From assembly GCF_006345805.1 (NCBI RefSeq), contig NC_042999.1:161944001-162008000 (forward strand): DNA of 64,000 bases, read 5' to 3'. This DNA comes from Octopus sinensis. Lineage: Eukaryota. The notes under the pieces are model-generated. The model worked only from the letters and a program-made list of their open reading frames with translations, had not been told where the DNA came from and ran no database searches. The translations under genes and the position numbers were made by a program. The stretch's first letter is position 1. Each line of letters starts with the position of its first letter. Below are positions 38,489 to 50,692 of this stretch, in pieces.

Positions 38489-38566
38489 TATATACATATA
38501 TATATATGTATGTATGTATATATATATGTATATGTATGTATATATATATATATGTATATGAATATA

Positions 38567-38613
<47 letters not shown>

Positions 38614-38620
38614 GTATATA

Positions 38621-38662
<42 letters not shown>

Positions 38663-38727
38663 CATATACATGTATACACACACACACACATATATATATA
38701 TGCATGCATATACACACACACACACAT
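38405..38727. repeat. Complex (TA)n/(TACA)n/(CA)n microsatellite
   Basis: Directly visible. Confidence 0.95.
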
Positions 38728-38838
38728 ATGTGTATGTGTTTATATTTTCTTTTGGATGTCATTAAAAAATTCTAGATATTTCTCAGTTTCTGTGTGTTTG
38801 TGTGTGTGTGTTGTTCATGTGTGTGTTTGTGCATGTGG

Positions 38839-38875
<37 letters not shown>

Positions 38876-39326
38876 AGAGTGAAGACATAAGCACACATAA
38901 GCACACACTGGCATAAACACAGTTTGTTTGCTATTTGAATAACGCAGTCTACTTGAAGGCAGCAAGTAAAGCGAGACATCTGCTAAGTCCCTCCTCCTGA
39001 AACCCATCACTTATTCATCTTTTGGCAGGCTGAGTCATAAGAGAGAGGGATAGCAATTGCATCACCTTTTGTAGCTAGAGTTTGTGAACATTACTGGATC
39101 TAGTTATTGATTTCTTTTTTTTTTTTTTTCTGTTTTTAATTTCATTCCTTTTGAAGAAAGAAACCTTAATTTGAAAGCCCACCCCCTCAAAAGATATTTT
39201 AATGCCACAAGCATTCTTGTCTCTGTCTGTGTCTCTCACTCTCTCTCTATATATATGTGTGTGTGTGTGTGTATGTATTTATACACACACATACACTGAC
39301 ACAACCACACACACACATATATGATG

Positions 39327-39914
39327 TATTATAAAATTCACTGTGTGTGTGTATGTTTCCTCTATCCATGGCCAAACCACTGGATCAATCTGTACCGAAT
39401 TTGGCATGAAGGTTTTTCATTACTCAGAGAAGGTTCTGAGATGGGCCAAATTTTGGCCCCTGCCCACAGAGGGGACTGTAGCCCCCCCCCCCCCACTGCA
39501 TGCCACTTCCTTTTTTTTTTTTAAGCACTATAATACCAAATTTGGCATGAAGATTTTTCATTACTTGGGGAAGGTTCTGAGGGGGAGGGGCCAAATTTTA
39601 GCCCTTGCCATATAGGGAACTGTTGCCCCCCCCCCCTTCCGTATACAACCCTTCTGGCTTTTTTTTTCAGCAGTATAATATTGTTTCACTTTTGATAAGA
39701 CTATAATATTGTTTCACTTCCATTCTTTATTGCTTCACTGTTTCGCTTGTATTCATTTACTTTCGACTTCCAATTTTTTTCACTAGTATAATATTGTTTC
39801 ACTTTTATTCTTTCACTTTTGATAAGGCCCTAACATTGTCTATACTAAATACATACATACAACTGCTTATAAAAATAGAGATTAATGTATAATTTTCTCT
39901 ATGGTCATAATTTT
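39327..39914 (+). mobile_element. Probable non-autonomous Helitron-like element, 5' part running into the gap
   Basis: TATAAAA-(TG)n start and ACCGAATTTGGCATG motif. ~141-bp internal duplication (39394 and 39535) and TATAATATTGTTTCACTT x3. No 3' end visible. Confidence 0.45.
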
Positions 39915-40014
39915 NNNNNNNNNNNNNNNNNNNNNNNNNNNNNNNNNNNNNNNNNNNNNNNNNNNNNNNNNNNNNNNNNNNNNNNNNNNNNNNNNNNNNN
40001 NNNNNNNNNNNNNN
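39915..40014. other. Assembly gap of 100 N
   Basis: Run of N. Confidence 0.99.
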
Positions 40015-40129
40015 TGATGTAGCATAACAAATCTGAAGGTGTCGACATTTCAGATGATGGGTCATGTTAGACACAGCGCTGACTGCCACAAAGGAGAGTA
40101 TATCCACTGACAGCTTTTTGGTTTATTCA

Positions 40130-41121
40130 AAAATACTAAATGGCAGTGAAACATGGGCCATGACTGCTGAGGACATGCGTAAGCTTGCAAGGAATGAATG
40201 GATGTGTAATGTCAGTGTGCATGCTCAGCAGAATGTAAGTGCCTTGAAAGAAAAGTTGGACCTAAGAAGCATCAGATGTGGTGTGCAAGAGAGATAACTG
40301 TGCTAATATGGTCATGTGGTGCGAATGGATGAGGATAGCTGTGTGAAAACGTGTCACACCCTAACGGTTGAGGAAAACTGTGGAAGATGTAGACCCAGGA
40401 AGACCTGGGATGAAGTGGTGAAGCACGACCTTCGAACATTAGGCCTCACCGAGGCAATGACTAGTGACCGAGACCTTTGGAAATATGCTGTGCTTGAGAA
40501 GACCCGGCAAGCCAAATGAGACCATAACCCGTGGCCTATGCCAGTGGTGTAACCAGCCCACTTAGATGTACCTTTCTTTCATTGGACACAAAACTCTGCT
40601 TGCGAAGACCTGTTGAGGCAAGTGAAATCAAAATCAAAATCAAATTCGATGACAGCACCACATGACTGGCATCCATGCTAGTGGAGCACTAAGAGCACCA
40701 TCCGAGCATGAATGTTGCCAGGGCCGCTGACTGGCCCCCATGCCGGTGGCACATAAAAAGCACTATTCAACCATGATCGTTACCAGCATCCCCATACTGG
40801 CACTTGTGCCAGCGGAACGTGAAAAACAACATTCGAGCAAGGGTGTTGCCAGTGCCACTGGACTGGCTCCTGTGCAGGTGGAACGTAAAACACCATTTGA
40901 GCATGCCCGTTGCCAGTACCACCGGACTGGCCATCGTGCCGGTGGCACATAACAGCACCCACTACACTCTCGGAGTGGTTGGCATTAGGAAGGACATCCA
41001 GCTGTAGAAACTCTACCAGATCAGATTGGAGCCTTGTGCAGCCATCTGGCTCACCAGTCCCCAGTCAAACCATCCGACCCATGCCAGCAAAGAAAGCAGA
41101 CATTAGACGATGATGATGATG
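40130..41121 (+). mobile_element. RTE-clade LINE 3' end: RT C-terminus, ~600-bp 3'UTR with tandem units, (GAT)n tail
   Basis: GSETWAMTAEDMRKLARNE, YGHVVRM, GRCRPRKTWDEVVKHDLRTLGLTEAMTSDRDLWKYAV; stop at 40517-40519. Confidence 0.9.
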
Positions 41122-41187
41122 TGAACAATAATGTTTTCTAAACAAAAGTGTTCAATAATTAATTCTGGATATATATATATTTGTGTG

Positions 41188-41224
<37 letters not shown>

Positions 41225-41603
41225 CAGTGAGAAACTGATAAAATAAATAAAATTTCCTATAAAAATTTGCAGTTTTATTTTGATTAAACTCCCAGCATCT
41301 TCAGAGCAAAGACTTTAAATGCTGTCAACTGCTTTAGCATCTGTGACTGTCACCCACTCGCCCTCCATCTGTTGATTTACTCTTTCTTCCCTCTAGTATA
41401 ACTGACAGGACATACTTTGTGTTTTATTATATTTAAGATTATTTACTATTTGTTATATCTGGTTCATTCTAAAGTTGCTTGATGTTATTTTCTGATTTAT
41501 TATATAAAGAGTGGGGTCATGTATGCATAAATGACTATATATTACATACATGCATGCGTATATATGTGTGTGTGTGTGTATATATATATATAATATATAT
41601 ATA

Positions 41604-41759
41604 ACGCAGGAGTGGCTTTATGGTAAGTAGCTTGCTTACCAACCATATGGTTCCGGGTTCATCCCACTGCGTGGCATCTTGGGCAAGTGTCTTCTGCTAT
41701 AGCCCCGGGCCGACCAATGCCTTGTGATGGATTTGGTAGATGGTACGAAAGAAGCCTGT

Positions 41760-41796
<37 letters not shown>

Positions 41797-42012
41797 ATAT
41801 GTTTGTGTGTCTGTGTTTTTGTCCCCCTAGCATTGCTTGACAACTGATGCTGGTGTGTTTACGTCCCCGTCACTTAGCGCTCGGCAAAAGAGACCGATAG
41901 AATAAGTACTTGGCTTACAAAGAATAAGTCCCGGGGTCATTTGCTCGACTAAAGGCGGTGCTCCAGCATGGCCGCAGTCAAATGACTGAAACAGTAAAAG
42001 AGTAAAAAAGAG
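41604..42012 (+). mobile_element. SINE family A
   Basis: ACGCAGGAGTGGC head and standard tail. Confidence 0.85.
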
Positions 42013-42124
42013 AGTACACATACATAAGCATTCACCACACACACACACAACACCACACACACACACACACTACAAAACACACACACACACACACACACAA
42101 CACACACACCATACAAACACATAG

Positions 42125-42163
<39 letters not shown>

Positions 42164-42280
42164 AACACACACACACACACACAACACACACACACACCAC
42201 ACATAGAAACACACACACACACACACAACACACACACATAGAAACAACACACCACACACACACACACACACACATACAAA

Positions 42281-42311
<31 letters not shown>

Positions 42312-42808
42312 CCACACCACATAGAAACACACACACACACACACACACCACACACACTAGAAACACACCACACACACACATACATACATAAGCATTCACA
42401 CACACACACACATATATATATATACAATACATATATTATATATTTATATATATATATATATATATTAGATGTATGTGTGTGTATATGTTTGTGGTGTCTG
42501 TGTTTTTCCCCCTAGCATTGCTTGACAACTGATGCTGGTGTGTTTACGTCCCCGTCACTTAGCGCTCGGCAAAAGAGAACGATAGAATAATACTGGGCTT
42601 ACAAAGAATAAGTCCCGGGGTCATTTGCTCGACTAAAGGCGGTGCTCCAGCATGGCCGCAGTCAAATGACTGAAACAGTAAAAGAGTAAAAAAGAGAGTA
42701 CACATACATAAGCATTCACCACACACACACACAACACCACACACACACACACACTACAAAACACACACACACACACACACACAACACACACACCATACAA
42801 ACACATAG

Positions 42809-42847
<39 letters not shown>

Positions 42848-42964
42848 AACACACACACACACACACAACACACACACACACCACACATAGAAACACACAC
42901 ACACACACACAACACACACACATAGAAACAACACACCACACACACACACACACACACATACAAA

Positions 42965-42995
<31 letters not shown>

Positions 42996-43693
42996 CCACA
43001 CCACATAGAAACACACACACACACACACACACCACACACACTAGAAACACACCACACACACACATACATACATAAGCATTCACACACACACACACATATA
43101 TATATATACAATACATATATTATATATTTATATATATATATATATATATTAGATGTATGTGTGTGTATATGTTTGTGGTGTCTGTGTTTTTCCCCCTAGC
43201 ATTGCTTGACAACTGATGCTGGTGTGTTTACGTCCCCGTCACTTAGCGCTCGGCAAAAGAGAACGATAGAATAATACTGGGCTTACAAAGAATAAGTCCC
43301 GGGGTCATTTGCTCGACTAAAGGCGGTGCTCCAGCATGGCCGCAGTCAAATGACTGAAACAAGTAAAAGAGTAAAAAAGAGAGTACACATACATAAGCAT
43401 TCACACCACACACACACACACACACCACACACACACACCTACAAACACACCACACACACACACACACACACAACACACTACCCACATAGAAACACACACC
43501 ACACACACACACACACACACATACAAACACACACACACACACACACCAACACACACACCACACCACATAGAAACACACACACACACACACACACCACACA
43601 CATAGAAACAACCACACACACACACACATACATACATAAGCATTCACACACACACACACATATATATATATACAATACATATATAGATATATT

Positions 43694-43720
<27 letters not shown>
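41784..43720. repeat. Three tandem ~684-bp units (SINE A 3' half plus CA/TA microsatellite)
   Basis: 42001-42684 is essentially identical to 42685-43369; the third unit differs in its CA tract. Confidence 0.9.
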
Positions 43721-43730
<10 letters not shown>

Positions 43731-43918
43731 ATGTGTGTGTACATGTATATATAGATAAGCAGAAATATGAATAAAATACATGTAGAAGCCTGGTTGGTTA
43801 TAGATAGAAGTAAATTTATAAATCTAAATATGTATACATGTGCATGTATGTACGTGTAGGTGTGTGTGTGCATGTGTGTGCGTATGAATGTAGGTATATA
43901 GTCACCTAGATACTAGTT

Positions 43919-43950
<32 letters not shown>

Positions 43951-44359
43951 CGCATGCAAATAAATGCACACAGAAGCAGAAGTACACACACACACACACA
44001 CACCACACACACATATACAAACAGAAGGATACATACATACATAAATATGCAAGCACATGTGCACACTGGTACGCACACACATGCGTGCAGCAAGGTCTCA
44101 GACAAATACGGCTTCTGAAAGAGACTAAGAGAAAAGTCTTTGAAAAGGTTGCAAATAGCAACGAAAGAATTTCAACAAAAAACAAAAACAAAAGAATCGA
44201 ATGACACACTGCTTTCCCGAGTTAGGCAAACAATCGATTACTGTAGATCTTCAACCAATTGACTAATAATAAAGGAGTGGAATTGAACCTGTGCACATGT
44301 TAATAGTATTGACATAAGAATTCTCCTTAGACACAACAAAATTTGTATATATGTATATA

Positions 44360-44742
44360 TCTCTCTCTATATAAACGGCAGTTTGTCTGTGTGTGTTTCT
44401 GTGTGTCTGTTTGGTTCTACCCTCACCCTGACCACTGCTTTCAACCGATTCTGATGAAACTTGACACACACATAGCCCAATGTCATAATTCAAAAGTAAC
44501 GCAGCGAAAATTTTGAAAAGTTCCCCCAGTTTTGAAAAAAATCGATAAATTCAACATGGGGTCGAGAATCAGAAACACAAACCACAGACTGTCTAGGGGA
44601 CGCAACTCGACCTTTTTAACTCTCAAAAAAATTTACCATAATTTTTTTCCCATTTTTTTGCTATTTTTTGGCTATAACTCTCTAAAAATGCTTTATAGTT
44701 ATTTCCCTTACAAACCTGAGCAACGCCGGGCGATACTGCTAG
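44360..44742 (+). mobile_element. Non-autonomous Helitron with a different 5' body but the same 3' end
   Basis: A|TC start; the last ~100 bp, including CCTGAGCAACGCCGGG..CTAG|T, are shared with 6847, 18994 and 56790. Confidence 0.8.
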
Positions 44743-44834
44743 TGTGTATATATATTTCAGCTGTTGATTAACTCCTAATTGAATGATAGCCAATCTATCT
44801 TTTTAGGAGTATCAAGGAGTACTTAATGTAATGT

Positions 44835-45589
44835 CTTTCTTTCTTTCTTTTCTGTTACTTGTTTCAGTCATTTGACTGTGGCCATGCTGGAGCACCGCCT
44901 TTAGTCGAGCAAATCGACCCCGGGACTTATTCTTTGTAAGCCCAGGACTTCTTCAATCGGTCTCTTTTTGCCAAACTGCTAAGTGACGGAGACATGAATA
45001 CACCAGCATCGGTTGTCAAGCAATGCTAAGGGGACAAACACAGACACACAAACATATAAACACACATACATTATATATATATATCTATATATATACATAC
45101 CTGCACAGGTGCCAGGCGGGGCTGGCAACGGCCACGGTCAGATTGGTGTATTTTATGTGCCACTGGCTTCCGTGCCGGTGGCACATAAAAACACCAATCT
45201 GACCGTGGCCGTTGCCAGCCCCGCCTGGCACCTGTGCAGGTGGCACGTAAAAAGCACCCACTACACTCACGGAGTGGTTGGCGTTAGGAAGGGCATCCAG
45301 CTGTAGAAACATTGCCAGATTAGACTGGAGCCTGGTGCAGCCTTCTGGCTTCCCAGAACCCCGGTCGAACCGTCCAACCCATGCTAGCATGGAGAACGGA
45401 CGTTAAACGACGATGATGATGACGATGATATATACAAGAGGCATCTTTCAGTTTCTGTCTACCAAATCCACTCACAAGGCATTGGTCGGCCTGGGGCTAT
45501 AGCAGAAGACACTTGCCCAAGATGCCACGTAGTGGGACTGAACCCGGAACCATGTGGTTGGTAAGCAAGCTACTTACCACACAGCCACT
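44835..45589 (-). mobile_element. SINE family A split by a nested RTE tail
   Basis: Tail 44835-~45070 and head ~45440-45589. Confidence 0.85.
45100..45429 (+). mobile_element. RTE 3'UTR fragment nested in the SINE A (TA)n
   Basis: GTGCCGGTGGCAC units; ends in GACGTTAAACGACGATGATG. Confidence 0.85.
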
Positions 45590-46073
45590 CTTTTCCTTTT
45601 TTTTAATGATATTATTTAAGGGGGATTTGATGCCTACTTATAACAACTCAAGTCATCACATGCAGACTTCCTTACAGGCACCGGTGTGGAACTGTCTCTA
45701 CCCTACTTCAATTATTAAATACCATCAAAACTGAACAGTTTCACAAATCTCATTACCTTAATCTTGCACAGTTTTCATGTCAAACTTCTCTCTTCAAAAG
45801 TGAAAGTCTTTCAAAATTAATAGTAAAACCTCAATGGTTGTTATTTTCTTCTTGATATTGTTTAGTAGTTTACACTTTAAAGTACACATTTCATTAATAA
45901 GTTAGCTTTTATGATGTGTAGTTGAAGTATGATACATTAGCACTTTAGCTGCAGCTGAGTGTTAATATCATCAGTAGTTGCAAAGGAGTTCAGAGCAGGA
46001 AAGAGGTGAGAATGGTAGTTGAGAAACTTACTGTTGTTCGAGAGGGGATAAATCTGTTATAGGTACCAACAAG

Positions 46074-46113
<40 letters not shown>

Positions 46114-46370
46114 AGATGGCTGAAATAGTAGTGAGCCAGACTAATTACCTTATAGTTAAGTGGGCAAAGAAATTTTACTTAGTTAAAATTACAACCTTAT
46201 TGATGAAAGTAATCATAAATTAAAAGCCTCATTGTAGGGTGGGGAGGAAGCAGGGGATATAAACTTAAAATTTTAATTCATCAGTGTTAATTATGGAATG
46301 CAGTGGAAAATAAGTCTTTGATTCCCCACCATCAATCATCACTCTTTTAAACCCTTTCGTCTTTTATCAT

Positions 46371-46812
46371 TTACTTGTTTCAGTCATTTGACTGTGGTCA
46401 TGCTGGGGCATTGCCTTGAAGGGTTTTAGTTAAGCTAATCAACCTCAGGACTTTTTTTAAAGCCTGGTATTTATTTTATTGGTCTTTTTTGCCAAACTGT
46501 AAAGTTACAGGGATGTAAACATACCAACGCTGGTTGTCAGCAGTGGTGGGAGACAAACACAGATACAAAGACACACAGGCACATGCACAGATACACACAC
46601 ACACACACATATATACACAATAGGCTTCTTTCAGTTTCCACCTACCAAATCCATTCAATGGTTGTTATTTTTTTCTTGATGTTGTTTAGTAGTTTACTCT
46701 TTAAGGTACCCATTTCATTAATAAGTTAGCTTGAGGCTATAGTAGAAGACACTTGCCCAAGGTGCCACACAGTGGGACTGAACCTGAAACCAAGCTTCTT
46801 ACCACACAACCA
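46371..46812 (-). mobile_element. Older SINE A-related copy carrying a 77-bp insertion of local sequence
   Basis: SINE A-like blocks interrupted at 46656-46732 by a copy of 45832-45908. Confidence 0.75.
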
Positions 46813-46952
46813 TACATGTTTTACAACATTTATTTTATCCTCTTATGTGAAATCCTGCCTAAAATCAATTTTGCCTTTCATGTTCTCAGGGCTGGAACAA
46901 TAAATACCTACACTCTTTAAGACAGGGATGGCATATTTTAAGCTGAAAATAA

Positions 46953-47363
46953 TAAGGCGGTATCTTGCTTCCCAACCACATGGTTCCGAGTTCAATTATA
47001 GCTTTACAACACATTGGGCAAGTATCTTCTATTATAGCCTTGGACCAACCAAGCCTTGTGAGTGGATTTGGTTGACAGAAACTGAAAGAAACAATCTATA
47101 TGTGTGTGTGTGTGTAATATATACACACCTATGTGTGTGTCTTTTTGCTCATGTTTGTACACTATCACCACTTGACAACCAGTCTTGGAGCGTTTGCATC
47201 CCGGTAACTTAGCAATTTTGGTAAAAGGGACTGAAAGAATATATACCAGATTTTTTTTTAAATAAGTACTGGGGTCAATTTCTTCAACTAAGATTCTTCA
47301 AGAGAGTGCCCCAGCATGGCCACAGTCTAATGACTGAAACAAGTAAAAAAAAAAAAAAAAAAA
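46953..47363 (+). mobile_element. Older SINE A-related copy
   Basis: CTTGCTTCCCAACCACATGGTTCC..GACTGAAACAAGT(A)n. Confidence 0.7.
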
Positions 47364-47842
47364 GATACTGAATTGGCAAAGGACTTTCTACAAAAGCAGT
47401 GAATTGCCAGCAGAATTCATTGTAGTTCACTGTGGTCTGATTTCAAATCCTGCTGAAGTCAACTTTGCCTCTTACCTTCTGTCAAAAGAAGAAATTATCA
47501 ATCCACATCAGTGGACTGGAAGAAACAGTGAAGCATCCTATGAGATTGTTCTGTGTTATTTGTTCTGACTGTGAATCCTATTTAGGAAACCACCAGGTTC
47601 TGACATGCTTGCAAACATTTGGTCTAGGTCTCTGGCTTGAGAATAACTTGGAGGCCCAGAAAAAAATTAAGGATCACTCCCTCCAGATTAAGGGGAGAAA
47701 AAAATCTACACAACAACCACACATATTTTAGTGGCAGATGTAAATAATGACAGTGCTGAATACAGTGACATATTTATATACCGCATAAAATCAATGTCAA
47801 GATTTAAACAAAAATGAACCTACACCTACACAAATCTGTGCA

Positions 47843-47894
<52 letters not shown>

Positions 47895-48049
47895 TACATA
47901 TGTATGAATGTATATATGATGGGCTTAATTTCTGTCAACCAGTTTAACTGTCAAAGCATTGGTTACGTCAAGATTATAGTAGAAGACACTTGCACGCAAT
48001 GCCACACTGCAGGAACATGGCTGTGAAGGGAACTTCTTAACTTCACAGT

Positions 48050-48104
<55 letters not shown>

Positions 48105-48157
48105 ATAAGAAACTGAAATGACAAAAGTAAAAGAAATTTGTCAGGAACATTATTTGC

Positions 48158-48531
48158 TTACTCTTTTACTCAGTCATTTGACTGCGGCCATGCTGGAGCA
48201 CCGCCTTTAGTCGAGCAAATCGACCCCGGGACTTATTCTTTTGTAAGCCCAGTACTTATTCTATCGGTCTCTTTTGCCGAACTGCTAAGTAACGGGGATA
48301 TAAACACACCAGCATCGGTTGTCAAGCAATGCTAGGGGGACAAACACAGACACACAAACATACACATACATATATATATACATATATACGACAGGCTTCT
48401 TGCAGTTTCCGTCTACCAAATCCACTCACAAGGCTTTGGTCGGCCTGAGGCTATAGTAGAAGGCAGTGGGACTGAACCCGGAACCATGTGGTTGGTAAGC
48501 AAGCTACTTTCCACACAGCCACTCCTGCGCC
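48158..48531 (-). mobile_element. SINE family A
   Basis: Full head CAGCCACTCCTGCGCC, with a small internal deletion. Confidence 0.85.
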
Positions 48532-49029
48532 TTACAGCCGTTTCCACAATAAGGTGCAGCTATGAGCACATTGCATCTTATAGCGGAAACAGCTGTAAGC
48601 TAATGAAGTTCATGACATAAATTTCTTTTACTTTTGCCATTTCAGTTTCTTATTACTGCTCTGTACTTCACTGACACTTCATTCTGATGCATATGTGTAC
48701 TGAATTCTGACATCAGGTTATTAGTATTGCTATGCCTAAGTGAAATAGTAGAGCACGTGCACACACACACACACACACACACGGAAAGAAAGAGAGAGAT
48801 GGTAAAGACTGATCAATTCTAGCTTCTGGTAAAATGTGTAGAGTTTATTGTACATTTATGAAGGTAATAATGTTAATTCAATGTATATAATGTTTTTTAT
48901 ATTTGTAAAAAGTAGGCAGCAACAATTTTCATTTACTTTGGATACCACCATGAAAGTACTTAACTGCACATTTACCTACAAACATAATAAAAGGGAGCCT
49001 CTATGAACCAGCAGGATAGACACCACACA

Positions 49030-49157
49030 GCTGATTGACCTGCTTGACACAGCTGATTGACCTGATTGATACAGCTGATTGACCTGCTTGACACAGCTGA
49101 TTGACCTGCTTGACACAGCTGACTGACCTGATTGACACAGCTGATTGACCTGCTTGA
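49030..49157. repeat. 22-bp minisatellite (GCTGATTGACCTGCTTGACACA) x6
   Basis: Directly counted; a 5-unit copy lies within 49913-50076. Confidence 0.95.
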
Positions 49158-49322
49158 AATGACAATGGTGTTTCATTCAAATCATTCACTACTATTCTGA
49201 AACCAGGAAGGGCACATTTAAGTGATGAACCCCTAGATACACAATCACTATAATTATTTAAAAAAACAGCATTTGACTATAGATCTACAAGATCGCAGCT
49301 CATCTGGAGGTCAACATTTCAT

Positions 49323-49369
<47 letters not shown>

Positions 49370-49800
49370 CATACACACATACATGTTCATACTGTTGTCA
49401 CCCAACTCTACCTCATACTAACGCTGGTGAAATATTATTTCTTTAAATACCATTCCAGCATAAAAGTTAAACCATCACATCGCACAAAGATGCTCCTAAT
49501 CTTGTTAACTGATTGATGAAATGTTATCTAATACATTCTAGGACAACATCTTTGTCCAATTACACAATGCGTAAGTGCTTGTATACACACACACACACAC
49601 ACACAGATGGATAGGAGATGACCACACACGTCCAAACATAATCTTTAAATTTTTTAATGTTAGTCATCATGAAACTGAGAAACTGCATGAATGTCAGTGA
49701 ATTCAGATGAACACTTAATTCAATATGAGCAAGTACGGGACATATTATATTTGTGTGGGTGTGTGTGTATACATTTATATATATATATATATATATATAT

Positions 49801-50377
49801 AAACAATTGCAGCGTGGAAGGTGTTTGTAAGCCATTTAAGAAACACACAAAAGCCGTTCGATTCGCTTCAACATTTAAGTTTAATTTGTCAAAATATTTT
49901 CGTCGCTATAAGGAACCAGCAGGATAGACACCACACAGCTGATTGACCTGATTGACACAGCTGATTGACCTGATTGACACAGCTGATTGACCTGCTTGAC
50001 ACAGCTGACTGACCTGATTGACACAGCTGATTGACCTGCTTGAAATGACAATGGTGTTTCATTCAAATCATTCACTGACCTGTTCACTGACAAAAATCCG
50101 TGCTGCATCTGAGAAAGAAACAGTTAGTTCATTATATATATGTACGAATGCATACATACATGCATACATGTGTGCATACACACATACATACGTACATATA
50201 TATAACGAACTAACTGTTTCTTTCTCAGATGCAGCACGGATTTTTGCCAGTGAACAGGTCGCGGTCTTATAGCGACGAAAATATTTTGACAAATTAAACT
50301 TAAATGTTGAAGCGAATCGAACCGCTTTTGTGTGTTTCTTAAATGGCTTACAAACACCTTCCACGCTGCAATTGTTT
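49801..50377. mobile_element. Foldback element: 187-bp inverted arms around a 44-bp microsatellite-like spacer; left arm interrupted
   Basis: Left arm 49801-50146 (182 bp plus a 164-bp insert replacing 5 bp) is the reverse complement of 50191-50377. Confidence 0.85.
50243..50293 (+). ncRNA. Candidate type-I hammerhead with a G3-C8 core variant
   Basis: TTTGCCA-GTGAACA-G-GTCGC GGTCTTATA GCGAC-GAAA-ATA-TTT-TGACAAA: stem I 6/7 pairs, stem II 5 bp, palindromic AATATT stem III. Confidence 0.45.
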
Positions 50378-50558
50378 TCGTTCCAGCACACGATCTCAGA
50401 TCAAATCACTTGCTATGCAAGTATATCTCCGTAATATATATATATATATATGAGTTTATATGATTGTGTTTAAACGAATACATTAATCAATGAAATTCTG
50501 ACTTAGTCTGATTTTCACATTTTATTATTTGCAATTTTTACGATTTTACAGTATTGAA

Positions 50559-50600
50559 ATAAACTAGTACTTTCATGGATTAGGCAATCATCAGGTTTAT
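50559..50600 (-). ncRNA. Candidate minimal type-I hammerhead (left palindrome arm)
   Basis: ATAAAC-CTGATGA-TTGCCTAATCCAT-GAAA-GTAC-TA-GTTTAT: stem I 6 bp, palindromic AGTACT stem III, weak stem II. Confidence 0.45.
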
Positions 50601-50650
50601 GTAGTGACAGTCATCTCCCACAGTCAACTGTGGGAGATGACTGTCACTAT

Positions 50651-50692
50651 ACAAACCTGATGATTGCCTAATCCATGAAAGTACTAGTTTAT
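50651..50692 (+). ncRNA. Candidate minimal type-I hammerhead (right palindrome arm)
   Basis: Mirror of 50559-50600; stem I is reduced to AAAC/GTTT by the arm mismatch. Confidence 0.4.

Noticed and set aside
39805-40107. 100-aa ORF
   Set aside because: It spans the N gap and is an artefact.
36850-43873. Numerous 60-145 aa ORFs rich in YI/CV/HT
   Set aside because: These are translations of (TA)n/(CA)n microsatellites.
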